Shown: piece by piece, positions 19,006 through 27,637 of the stretch
Layout of the letters: each line of letters starts with the position of its first letter
How positions within the stretch are numbered: position 1 is the first letter of the stretch
Source: Coprobacillaceae bacterium
GTDB taxonomy: Bacteria > Bacillota_I > Bacilli_A > Erysipelotrichales > Coprobacillaceae
DNA length: 32,000 nt
Reading direction: 5' to 3'
Assembly (NCBI GenBank): GCA_963675915.1
Contig: OY780959.1
Coordinates: forward strand, 540,001-572,000
The notes under the pieces: model-generated
Told to the model about the DNA's origin: nothing
What the model saw: only the letters and a program-made list of their open reading frames with translations
Database searches by the model: none
Position numbers and translations under genes: made by a program

Positions 19006-20086
19006 CATCACTCAAATTGCGTAAACTGATTGTATCGTTAATTAAGGAAGCTAATGAAAATGGAGCCCGGCTGATTCAAGCTTGTAAAGTTGCCGAAATC
19101 TCAAAACGAACTTATGAACGTTGACCAAGGAAGTAGATGTTTTGCCCGATAGACGCAGGACAGCTATACGACCCACCCCAGCTAATAAACTGAGTGAGCA
19201 AGAGCGAAAGATTGTGATTGATACTATCAACTTACCTGAATACAGTTCTATGTCCCCTTTGGAAATTGTTCCTAAATTGGCTGATAAAGGCGAATATATT
19301 GCTTCGGAATCAACCATTTACCGGATTTTAAGAGAGAACAAGCAATTGAAGCATCGAGGTCGGAACAAGGAGCCAAAAAGCAAAATCCCGACAACACATA
19401 TCGCCAATGCACCTAACGAGGTTTGGACTTGGGACATAACTTGGTTGCATCGTAAAGATGTTCGTGGTATCTATTACAAACTCTACATGATCATGGATAT
19501 CTTCAGTCGCAAGATAGTCGGTTACGAAGTCTGGGAAGAAGAGAACGCTATCCATTCCCAGACACTGATTAAAAGAACCCTTTTAAAGGAAAGCATCTGT
19601 GGTAAACCGCTTGTATTACATTCGGATAATGGCGGCCCCATGAAGGCCTCATCATTCTTGGGTACGCTTGAAAAACTTGGTGTTCAAAGCTCATTTTCGA
19701 GGCCAAGAGTAAGCAATGACAATCCATCTTCGGAATCACTATTCAAAACTTTGAAATACATTCCAAAGTATCCAACCAGTGGAGTTGAATCAATGGATCA
19801 TGCCAGAGAATGGACCAGTAAATTCGTCCATTGGTATAACGAAGTTCATCTCCATAGCGGCATCAACTACGTTACCCCAGGGAGCAGACATCGTGGCGAA
19901 GATATCGAAATACTTAAGAAACGAAAAGAAGTATACGCCCGTGCTAGATTGAAGCACCCTGAAAGATGGAGTAGAGATATCAAAAATTGGAAGTACCAAG
20001 CCACGGTTGCTTTGAACCCAACTGATGAAGATAAAATCATGATCGAACAAGAGAGTTACCAAAAAACCAAATCTATGCATGATTAA
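18969..20086 (+). pseudogene. IS3-family orfB, copy 2, disrupted by a 1-nt deletion
   Basis: Copy 1 reads CGG TGG ACC AAT GAA. Copy 2 reads CGT TG- ACC AAG GAA, which gives TGA at 19122-19124 in the orfB frame. The rest of the ORF continues in another frame from 19121. Confidence 0.8.
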
Positions 20087-20123
20087 ATTCAAAAAAATGC
20101 GTCAACTATATTGACATATTCCG

Positions 20124-20260
20124 TTGCGACTAAGTCAGAGCAGTGATCGAGCTGTCGCAGGCAAGTCAACTTATTAGCTGAAATGCAATTGCTTAAAAAG
20201 TAGTGGAGAGTGCTTCTCTCGTTCAATAACCAGATTTTATAAATTCATGGTAATCTATAG
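20124..20260. repeat. repeated module copy 2, right part
   Basis: GTTGCGACTaAGTCAGAGCAGT...GGAGAGTGCTTCTCTCGTTCAATAACCAG aligns to 12843-12980. Confidence 0.8.
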
Positions 20261-20357
20261 TTTTCAATAATCAGGGGAATGGGTATGTAGTGTGAAAAAT
20301 ACGATGAATTCTATTTTTGGTAGAGTATAAAATATCAAAGAAATCAATATAATTTAA

Positions 20358-20419
20358 AATCATTTTTTAATAAAATACTGCAGTAATCTAAAACTGCAGT
20401 ATTTTATTAAAAAATGATT
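20358..20419. promoter_or_regulatory. perfect 27-bp inverted repeat with 8-nt spacer upstream of abiEi
   Basis: AATCATTTTTTAATAAAATACTGCAGT aatctaaa ACTGCAGTATTTTATTAAAAAATGATT. Confidence 0.6.
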
Positions 20420-20446
20420 GTCTGTTTGTTTGGTCTAAAGTATAAT
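20418..20446 (+). promoter_or_regulatory. candidate abiE promoter
   Basis: TTGTCT, a 17-bp spacer, then TATAAT (20441-20446), followed by AGGAGG and ATG 20465. The -35 overlaps the last 2 bp of the palindrome. Confidence 0.55.
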
Positions 20447-20464
20447 TAAGCTAGGAGGAATAGT

Positions 20465-21052
20465 ATGGATACAGATGAAAAAATACAAGAAAGTAAAAAA
20501 ATATACTCAATTGATGAATTGAAAAATTTAGGATATTCGCACTATAAAATCAACAAATTTGTCCAAGAGGGAAAACTTGTCAAATTGAACAAGAAATTCT
20601 ACGAAAATGTGCAATATACAGGAGATGAAAATGATTTTTATTATGCTAAAGCTTATGTTTCTTCAGGGGTTATTTGTTTATTAAGTGCAGCGGTTCATTA
20701 TAATCTATCTAATTATAGACCGGACGGAATCGATGTGGCGATTCATAGAAGCAAAAAGATTACAACACTTCCAGATTGGCCTGTTTTGAATCTATATTAT
20801 TTTGATGAAGTAAGATATGAAACAGGAATAGTCACTGAAAAATTTGGTGATAATTATTTCGATATCTATGATATCGAAAAAACGGTTATAGATATTATAT
20901 ATTATAGAAATAAAATTGGAATTGAGGAGACAAAAGAAATATTAATAAGTTATCTTAAGCGCGGTGATAGAGACATAAACAAGCTGTACAAGTATGCTAA
21001 GTTACTCAAGTGCCATGAAATTTTACAAACATATCTGGAGGTATTAGTATGA
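20465..21052 (+). CDS. abiEi: type IV toxin-antitoxin / abortive infection antitoxin AbiEi-like
   Basis: Its size, its position directly upstream of an AbiEii-like gene with ATGA overlap, and an N-terminal wHTH-like segment. Confidence 0.7.
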   Translation: MDTDEKIQESKKIYSIDELKNLGYSHYKINKFVQEGKLVKLNKKFYENVQYTGDENDFYYAKAYVSSGVICLLSAAVHYNLSNYRPDGIDVAIHRSKKITTLPDWPVLNLYYFDEVRYETGIVTEKFGDNYFDIYDIEKTVIDIIYYRNKIGIEETKEILISYLKRGDRDINKLYKYAKLLKCHEILQTYLEVLV

Positions 21053-21945
21053 CAAATCCTGAATCGATTAAAGCGCGACTAAAAAATCAAGCAATTGAAA
21101 AAGGACATCTATTTCAAACTGAGTTAACAACATATGCTTTAGAGCGTACTATTTATAGAATTTCCATATCTGATTATGTCGAAAAATTCACTTTAAAGGG
21201 TGGGATATTTCTATATGCTTTATTTGATGGGAATTTTACTAGAGCAACCAGCGATATAGATCTGTTGGCTTACAAAATAAGTAATGAGATGCAAGACATG
21301 AGAAAAATATTTGGAAAAATCTTTTCCATAGTTGTAGATGATGCTTTGCATTATGATTTGGATTCTTTAAATGTAGTAAGTATCACGGAATTTAAAAATT
21401 ACCATGGTGTCAATGTTTCTATTTTCTCTTATCTGGGAAATACAAAAATCCGTGTTTCAATCGATATTGGATTTGGTGATGTAGTATATCCTGATAGATT
21501 ATTAATTGATTTCCCGGTATTACTTGAGATGGAGGCTCCTAGGATTTACGCATATTCACTTAGCTCGGTAATAGCAGAAAAATTTGAAGCAATCGTCTCT
21601 ATTGGTCCCGCGAATAGTAGATATAAGGACTTCTACGATATTTATATAATTGCTGCGAAATATGATTTTCATGGAGATGAGTTAAAATCAGCAATACTAG
21701 AGACGTTTAATCATCGTGGTACAGTTTTTGATGAAATTATTGCATTTGAAAATGATTTCGCTCTTGATAAGCTTAGAAATACAAGGTGGAAATCTTTTAT
21801 TAACAAGAAGAAAGCATTAGAAGTAATTGAATTTCCTGAAGTTATGGAGTTTATAAAAAGATTCCTGATTCCAGTTGTTTCGTCTATCCAAAATTTAGAG
21901 AATTTGAATAAAGATTGGAATTCAGATGAAAAACGCTGGCAGTAA
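21049..21945 (+). CDS. abiEii: nucleotidyltransferase AbiEii/AbiGii-family toxin (DUF1814)
   Basis: N-terminus IKARLKNQAIEKGHLFQTELTTYALERTIYRIS...FTLKGGIFL...RATSDIDLL is the family signature. Confidence 0.85.
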   Translation: MTNPESIKARLKNQAIEKGHLFQTELTTYALERTIYRISISDYVEKFTLKGGIFLYALFDGNFTRATSDIDLLAYKISNEMQDMRKIFGKIFSIVVDDALHYDLDSLNVVSITEFKNYHGVNVSIFSYLGNTKIRVSIDIGFGDVVYPDRLLIDFPVLLEMEAPRIYAYSLSSVIAEKFEAIVSIGPANSRYKDFYDIYIIAAKYDFHGDELKSAILETFNHRGTVFDEIIAFENDFALDKLRNTRWKSFINKKKALEVIEFPEVMEFIKRFLIPVVSSIQNLENLNKDWNSDEKRWQ

Positions 21946-22042
21946 AAATTAGAAGTTCCTAGTTATACGGAGATAACATTTTTGTTGGAATAATACAAAG
22001 AATTTATTTGTTATAACATATATTTATTAGATAGATGTAATC

Positions 22043-22074
22043 ATAAGCTACTTGTTATTTGACAAGTAGCTTAT
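22043..22074. promoter_or_regulatory. perfect 13-bp inverted repeat (candidate oriT/origin hairpin or terminator)
   Basis: ATAAGCTACTTGTtatttgACAAGTAGCTTAT. The tail is TTGATC, not a clean T-run. Confidence 0.4.
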
Positions 22075-22146
22075 TTGATCAAGAAGATTTATATCCAAAA
22101 ATATAATTAAAAATAAAAGAAAGAAATGACTGAGAAGGGGAAAATC

Positions 22147-23097
22147 ATGGAAAGTAACAAGACTTTTATTAGGTACTATACCTTTGATTCGAGAGAAAGC
22201 GTGACTGAGTATATTAATGATGACTGCGTTTTAATCTCTAACTACGATGATCATCTCTCAATGATAGAAATGCTGATTTGTTATAAAGACAGTCATCTGA
22301 ATAATTATTCTAAAAGACGTAATGGTTCATCATATAGAAATGTATATGCTCATGGTTTGACAGTAGCCATACCTTTGGAAATAAAAGAGGATAGATATAA
22401 TGAATTTGTAGAGAAATACATCCGTTCAATAGATCAACGTTTTAAGGCTTTATTATGGGTCTATAAGATAAAGAGAGCAGGTAATGGTGTATATGCTGAA
22501 ATAATGCTATTTAGCCGCTACGTCTACAAAAATGAGCGCAAAGTTAATGATAGATATAACCAGGACTATTACTATGACAGCAAAACAGGGAAAAGATGTC
22601 GCAAAGACCATCCAAATGCAATATTGAAGGCTAAAAAGGGTAGTTGTAAGATTGATGAAAATGGATCTCCGATAATGAAGCTGAGATCTGTTAAAGAAGT
22701 TGAGGAGCGGGTATTCAAGTTTAGAAACTTCAACAAGTATATGAAAAAGCTGAAGAAGAAATTGTTGATCGTTGCGATGAAATTCAGCTCGGCAATAGAA
22801 TTCAACAGAACCATCTCAAAGCACACAATCAAGGATGAATATGGAAATCCCGTGAAAAAAGCAATGAGAGTAATTAATCGGAAAATAGATAAAATAAATG
22901 ATGTGCTGCTTCAGTATCAGGACAGCATTCGCAAAGGGAAGATTGATCAGACAGATCCGGAAATCTTCCCTTTGTTTAATTTAATGCTAAGAAATATCGA
23001 TAATCTGATTCATGTAGAAAAAACAATGGATTATGAAGGTCTTCACAACAGAATGAAAGACTGGTGGAAGTCCAATGTAGTTGGTGAGATGGCTTGA
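22147..23097 (+). CDS. hypothetical protein, possible divergent MobQ (MobA/MobL)-like relaxase
   Basis: AHGLTVAIPLEIKEDRYNEFVEKYI resembles the AREIxIxLPxEl block, and KIKRAGNGVYAEIMLFSR resembles the N-P-H-A-H-hhh-T-R block of MobQ relaxases, but without the two His. ATG 22147 follows GAAGGGG. Confidence 0.35.
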   Translation: MESNKTFIRYYTFDSRESVTEYINDDCVLISNYDDHLSMIEMLICYKDSHLNNYSKRRNGSSYRNVYAHGLTVAIPLEIKEDRYNEFVEKYIRSIDQRFKALLWVYKIKRAGNGVYAEIMLFSRYVYKNERKVNDRYNQDYYYDSKTGKRCRKDHPNAILKAKKGSCKIDENGSPIMKLRSVKEVEERVFKFRNFNKYMKKLKKKLLIVAMKFSSAIEFNRTISKHTIKDEYGNPVKKAMRVINRKIDKINDVLLQYQDSIRKGKIDQTDPEIFPLFNLMLRNIDNLIHVEKTMDYEGLHNRMKDWWKSNVVGEMA

Positions 23098-23237
23098 TAA
23101 AAAGGAAAAACAAAAAAATACATTAAAGAAAAGCTTTAATGTCAATTTACCAATTAAATAAAATAATTCACCATATATAAAATATCTAAGTTTACTTAGA
23201 TGTCAATTTAACCGGACATAACCAAAAAGGAGGAGCT

Positions 23238-23441
23238 ATGAAACACTTAGTATATTTTGATTTCAATGATTTTGAAGATGAACAGATGTACGATTTGACA
23301 GTGGGACATCTGAAGCACCATTACCGTGCAACCGATTTAGACATTGAATCTGTAGAAGAGGGTAAAAATCACGTGATTATGGTAAAAAAGAAGAATGCAA
23401 AAGTGAAAAGATATGCATTAAAAGCGATACTTCATCTATGA
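23238..23441 (+). CDS. hypothetical 67-aa protein
   Basis: Strong RBS AAGGAGGAG. No recognisable motif. Confidence 0.55.
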   Translation: MKHLVYFDFNDFEDEQMYDLTVGHLKHHYRATDLDIESVEEGKNHVIMVKKKNAKVKRYALKAILHL

Positions 23442-23454
23442 TAAAGGAGGGAAA

Positions 23455-24384
23455 ATGATGGCACGCAAAGAAAGAAGAAAACAAGTTGCTGGCTATGATC
23501 TGGTGGCTTTAGCTCAAGAACTAGATTATACGCCAGTAAAAGTCGGTAGACGGTATTATACCCTGGAGGAGCACGATTCGGTTAGAATCGATACATTCAA
23601 GAATACTTTCAAACAATATTCCACTGGTATCGGTTATGATCCGGTGGCTTTTTTGATGCATTTTGGAGCAATAAAGAATGCAAGGTTCAAGAGTCTGGAT
23701 TACTGCTTGTTTTATCTTGAAAAAGGACTGGATAAAAACAAGACAAATAACCAACACAAGGAAGAATTAATCTATCGGAAAAAAGAAACAAAAAAATTGG
23801 AGCTACCAGAAAGAGCTGGCAATAACGATAGAATATACCGGTATTTGCACGGAAACAGGAAGATATCCACTGAAATCATTGATTATTTTATCGGAAATGA
23901 TCTGCTGTATCAGGATAGCAAGAATAATTGTGTTTTTGTTTCCTATAAAAATGAGATACCGGTATTTGTTACTGAAAAGGGAACCGGTAGAACCAGATAT
24001 ATGAATGAGCACACAGGCAATGACTATGGTCATTGTTTTTTTATTGACAATCATCAAAGCAACTTGATAGTCACCGAAGCGATTGTTGATTTGATGTCGT
24101 TGATGACGCTGCATCCGTATATCCTTTATTCAAATAGTTTCCTGTCAATAAATTCGGTGACAAAGGACAATGCAATATATTGTCATTTGAAAAATAACCC
24201 GGAAATAAAATCGGTAGTTCTGGCCCTTGATAATGATGAACCAGGGATCAAAGCAACTAAAAGGATTAAAGAGACGATAGAATCGGAATTTCCGGATATC
24301 TTGGTTGAAGTTCGTATACCTAAAAACAAGGATATCAACGAGGATTTGATTGAAAAATCGAATACACGAGGATTGGTCTTATGA
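23455..24384 (+). CDS. DUF3991/Toprim-domain protein (conjugative-element primase-like)
   Basis: C-terminal Toprim: LIVTEAIVDLMSL (E) and VVLALDNDEPGIKA (DxD). The N-terminal half is typical of DUF3991 proteins of Gram-positive plasmids and ICEs. Confidence 0.75.
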   Translation: MMARKERRKQVAGYDLVALAQELDYTPVKVGRRYYTLEEHDSVRIDTFKNTFKQYSTGIGYDPVAFLMHFGAIKNARFKSLDYCLFYLEKGLDKNKTNNQHKEELIYRKKETKKLELPERAGNNDRIYRYLHGNRKISTEIIDYFIGNDLLYQDSKNNCVFVSYKNEIPVFVTEKGTGRTRYMNEHTGNDYGHCFFIDNHQSNLIVTEAIVDLMSLMTLHPYILYSNSFLSINSVTKDNAIYCHLKNNPEIKSVVLALDNDEPGIKATKRIKETIESEFPDILVEVRIPKNKDINEDLIEKSNTRGLVL

Positions 24385-24463
24385 TACCTACATAGTAGTT
24401 TGGAGATTTTCAATCATAAGTTTTCGAAAAAAATAACAGATAATGACATACAGAAAAACGAAA

Positions 24464-24469
24464 GAGAGG
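24464..24469. repeat. left copy of 6-bp target-site duplication GAGAGG
   Basis: It directly abuts the TGT end of the transposon and is identical to 27785-27790. Confidence 0.8.
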
Positions 24470-24678
24470 TGTCGCTAGCCAGTTTATATGGTAAGTATTT
24501 CTAGGATTTTATGCAAATTAAATAGAGGCCATTGCCAATTAATTTGAATGTTTATTCTTCAAATTAGTTGAACCTGACCTCTTTTTTTGTTACCTTGTTG
24601 ATAAATATTCCATAGAAAGAAAAAAACGAGAGACCCAACCTGCAAGTAGTTTCTCTCGTTTGCCATATAGACAAACGT

Positions 24679-25233
24679 ATGATAACTTATCACAACGATA
24701 AAATCAAGAGTAAATTACTCGAAATCGATTCCGAATCAAAGCTCCAAGCTTTTTATAACGAAGCTGTAAATGATATTAACCGTTACGCCATCGGTTGTGT
24801 CAACTCATGCAATGGTAATCACATCATTCATGGTTATTATAACCGAAGGGTAAAACTGCCTTTTGGCTTTTTCAGGTTGCGGATAATGCGGCTAAGATGC
24901 AAGGATTGCGGTAGAACCCATGCAATTCTTCTTTCATGTTTGGTTCCATATTCAAGTATCCCGTTGGCTGTTCAAGTTGAGATTTCCATACATAAAAATA
25001 ATCAGAAACTATTAAAAGCCATTCTTGATCGAAATCCCTATATGTCTGAGTGTGAAATTTATAATGTTGTGAGCAGGTATATCAATTTTTGGCAGCAACG
25101 TTTGATGTCATTGAGAATTGAATCAAATGATATTAACCGTCTTGTTGAAAGCTGTTTTTCAAATTATTTGATGCAGTTCATGCAATGTAGAAATACCATA
25201 AATATCCTGTATACAATCAACCACATAGGATGA
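24679..25233 (+). CDS. zinc-ribbon protein, DUF6431-like, first gene of the transposon
   Basis: CVNSCNGNH...LRCKDCGRTHAILLSCLVPYS. Proteins of this type are commonly annotated next to Mu-like transposase and ATPase pairs. There is no obvious RBS, so the start is uncertain. Confidence 0.55.
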   Translation: MITYHNDKIKSKLLEIDSESKLQAFYNEAVNDINRYAIGCVNSCNGNHIIHGYYNRRVKLPFGFFRLRIMRLRCKDCGRTHAILLSCLVPYSSIPLAVQVEISIHKNNQKLLKAILDRNPYMSECEIYNVVSRYINFWQQRLMSLRIESNDINRLVESCFSNYLMQFMQCRNTINILYTINHIG

Positions 25234-25281
25234 GTTAAATAATCGATTCTATTAGTATATAGTGGGTGACGGAGGTATTAT

Positions 25282-26529
25282 ATGGATAAAAAAGAACAAG
25301 AATACGTAGCGTTGATGCGCCATCGGATCATTCATGACATCATTACCGGAAATTATGATGCTGCATGGTCTAAGAATCAGGCGATTACGGAAGCTACCAA
25401 GAAAGTCTATAAGAGTTTCGACAACCGTGATTTCACTGTCTCAAGCAGTACCATCTCCAGATGGATTGCTGCTTACGAAGAAAAAGGCTTCGATGGATTG
25501 ATTCCTCAAAAGCGGAGTGATTGTGGCAAGTCAAGAAGACTGGATGATGACATCGTTGAAACAATCAAATATTATAAGACAACCTATCCTAGATTGCCGG
25601 CAACTGTAATATACGGCAAGTTGATTGAGAAAGGAATCATCAAGAAAACTGATGTTTCCCTATCAACCGTTAACCGATGTGTCAATCAGATAAAGTCGGA
25701 ATTGCGGCTTTCAAACAAGAAAGACATGCGTCGCTACGAAGTGCCCCATATCAATATGAACTGGGCTGGCGACAGTTCGGTCGGCCCTTACATAACCATT
25801 AATGGCAAGAAGAACCGGACATACATGATTGCCCTGATCGATGATGCTTCAAGGATGATCGTCCATCTTGATTTGTATTTGAATGACAACACAGTCAATT
25901 TGATGGATACCATGAAAAGTGCGGTAACAAAATATGGAGTTCCTGAGATGTTCAGGTTTGACAACGGCTCCAATTATCGAAATCACCAGATCAAGATGAT
26001 TGCAGCAAGGATTAATTCAACCATTAGCTACTGCAAACCGTACTCGCCGGAAGGAAAATCAAAAATTGAGCGGGTGTTTCGGACGATCAAAGATCAGTTC
26101 TTCGCCCAAATAAACATAAAAGATTACACAAACAATCTAGAAGGTTTGAAGCAGGATTTAAGCCAGTTCATCAATGATTACAACAACAAGGTGCATTCGT
26201 CTTTGAATGGATTGACACCTCATCAACGTTTTTTTCAGGAAAGCAACCTTATCAAAAGGCTTGATGATGACTTTATCGACAACACTTTCCTGTTCGAAGT
26301 AGAGCGGTCTGTCAGTACTGATTCGGTAATCAAAATAGATAATCGGGAATACGAGATTGATTATATCTATTCTGGTGAAAGGCATATGTTCCGATATACT
26401 CCGGACTTGGAAAACGTCTATATAGTCAACAAGAATACCGGCGAACTGGAACGGATTCACCTACTTGATAAAAACGCCAATTCAAAAGTAAAACGAGTGC
26501 AGCCAAAATTATGCGGAGGAGAAGATTAA
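25282..26529 (+). CDS. DDE (rve) transposase, Mu/TnsB/TniA-like
   Basis: N-terminal HTH, WAGDSS (D), FRFDNGSNYRN (D), YSPEGKSKIERVFRTIKDQF (E). GGAGG RBS. Confidence 0.88.
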   Translation: MDKKEQEYVALMRHRIIHDIITGNYDAAWSKNQAITEATKKVYKSFDNRDFTVSSSTISRWIAAYEEKGFDGLIPQKRSDCGKSRRLDDDIVETIKYYKTTYPRLPATVIYGKLIEKGIIKKTDVSLSTVNRCVNQIKSELRLSNKKDMRRYEVPHINMNWAGDSSVGPYITINGKKNRTYMIALIDDASRMIVHLDLYLNDNTVNLMDTMKSAVTKYGVPEMFRFDNGSNYRNHQIKMIAARINSTISYCKPYSPEGKSKIERVFRTIKDQFFAQINIKDYTNNLEGLKQDLSQFINDYNNKVHSSLNGLTPHQRFFQESNLIKRLDDDFIDNTFLFEVERSVSTDSVIKIDNREYEIDYIYSGERHMFRYTPDLENVYIVNKNTGELERIHLLDKNANSKVKRVQPKLCGGED

Positions 26530-27332
26530 TGGAAAAATATTGGACCAGATATGGATTGGAATTCAATCCGTTTATCAAGAACTCAAAGAATTTATTTATT
26601 GAAACAAGTGAATACCAGGAATTGAAAGTACGCCTTAACAGCCTTTTTGAAATCAAGGGTTTCGGACTAATAGTCGGTGAACCCGGCCATGGCAAAACAA
26701 CCATGATCAGAAACTATATCAAAACACTCCCCAAATCAGCTTACAAGATAATTTATTTGTCAATGTCGACCCTTACAGTCAAGGAGTTCTATATGCAACT
26801 AGCTGAGTCGCTGGATCTGACTCCTCGGTATCGAAAGAATGATCTGTTCAGGGAGATCCAATCAGCCATAAACCAGTTGATTTACGAAAAAAGGATTACC
26901 CCGGTGTTTATCTTTGATGAATGTAATTACATGAATAACGCCATTCTTAATGATTTGAAGATGATCTTCAATTTTGATATGGATTCCAAGGATCATGCTG
27001 TAGTCTTGATGGTCGGATTGCCGACAATAACAAGGAACCTGAAATTAACCGCTCATGAACCATTGCGCCAGCGAATGATTATCAATTACAAACTTGAGCC
27101 ATTGAACAAGAGTGAAAGTCTTGCTTATATCAAAGACAAGCTCCAAGGCGGAAAAACAATTCAAGAAGTGTTCAATGATAATGCAATTGAGGCAATCATC
27201 AATGCATCCAACGGCACCTGTCGGGTTATTGATCGGATATGTGACCGGGCAATGTTTATCGGAGCAATCAGAAAAATCGAAGTAATTGATTCCGATTTAA
27301 TCCTAGAAACAATCGAAGAGGTAGTAATTTGA
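26529..27332 (+). CDS. AAA+ ATPase, TniB/ExeA-like transposition protein
   Basis: Walker A GEPGHGKTT and Walker B VFIFDECN. The ATG overlaps the transposase stop (TAATG) after GGAGGAG. Confidence 0.85.
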   Translation: MEKYWTRYGLEFNPFIKNSKNLFIETSEYQELKVRLNSLFEIKGFGLIVGEPGHGKTTMIRNYIKTLPKSAYKIIYLSMSTLTVKEFYMQLAESLDLTPRYRKNDLFREIQSAINQLIYEKRITPVFIFDECNYMNNAILNDLKMIFNFDMDSKDHAVVLMVGLPTITRNLKLTAHEPLRQRMIINYKLEPLNKSESLAYIKDKLQGGKTIQEVFNDNAIEAIINASNGTCRVIDRICDRAMFIGAIRKIEVIDSDLILETIEEVVI

Positions 27333-27637
27333 TAATCGAATACTTCTGCAACTATGATGAAAAAACATGGGCCAACGAGATAGTAATAGTCTCACAAAAC
27401 CCAGATAAGTGTGAATTCCAGCTAAGATATGACGGAAATGAAATCGAAGTGATAGTAGGTAAATCAGCCAAAGGGAACTGGATTTGCATCCCGTTGATGA
27501 AGCTGGGACTGGAACTATCATATTTCAAAGACAAATTTTGGAACAAGTCAGCTCTATTGCGCGAGATAGATCCAATCAGCAGCGAAGCAATATCACAAGC
27601 AATCTACAAAATAAACGAGTCAGGGATAATCGTCTAA
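27329..27637 (+). CDS. hypothetical 102-aa protein, last gene of the transposon
   Basis: TTG 27329 follows GAAGAGG and overlaps the ATPase stop by 4 nt. No recognisable motif. Confidence 0.5.
   Translation: MIIEYFCNYDEKTWANEIVIVSQNPDKCEFQLRYDGNEIEVIVGKSAKGNWICIPLMKLGLELSYFKDKFWNKSALLREIDPISSEAISQAIYKINESGIIV

Larger units (their letters stand above)
18452..20123 (+). mobile_element. IS3-family insertion sequence, copy 2 (diverged, orfB inactivated)
   Basis: Same architecture, ends and heptamer (18963-18969) as copy 1, but with many substitutions throughout and a 1-nt deletion in orfB. Confidence 0.85.
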
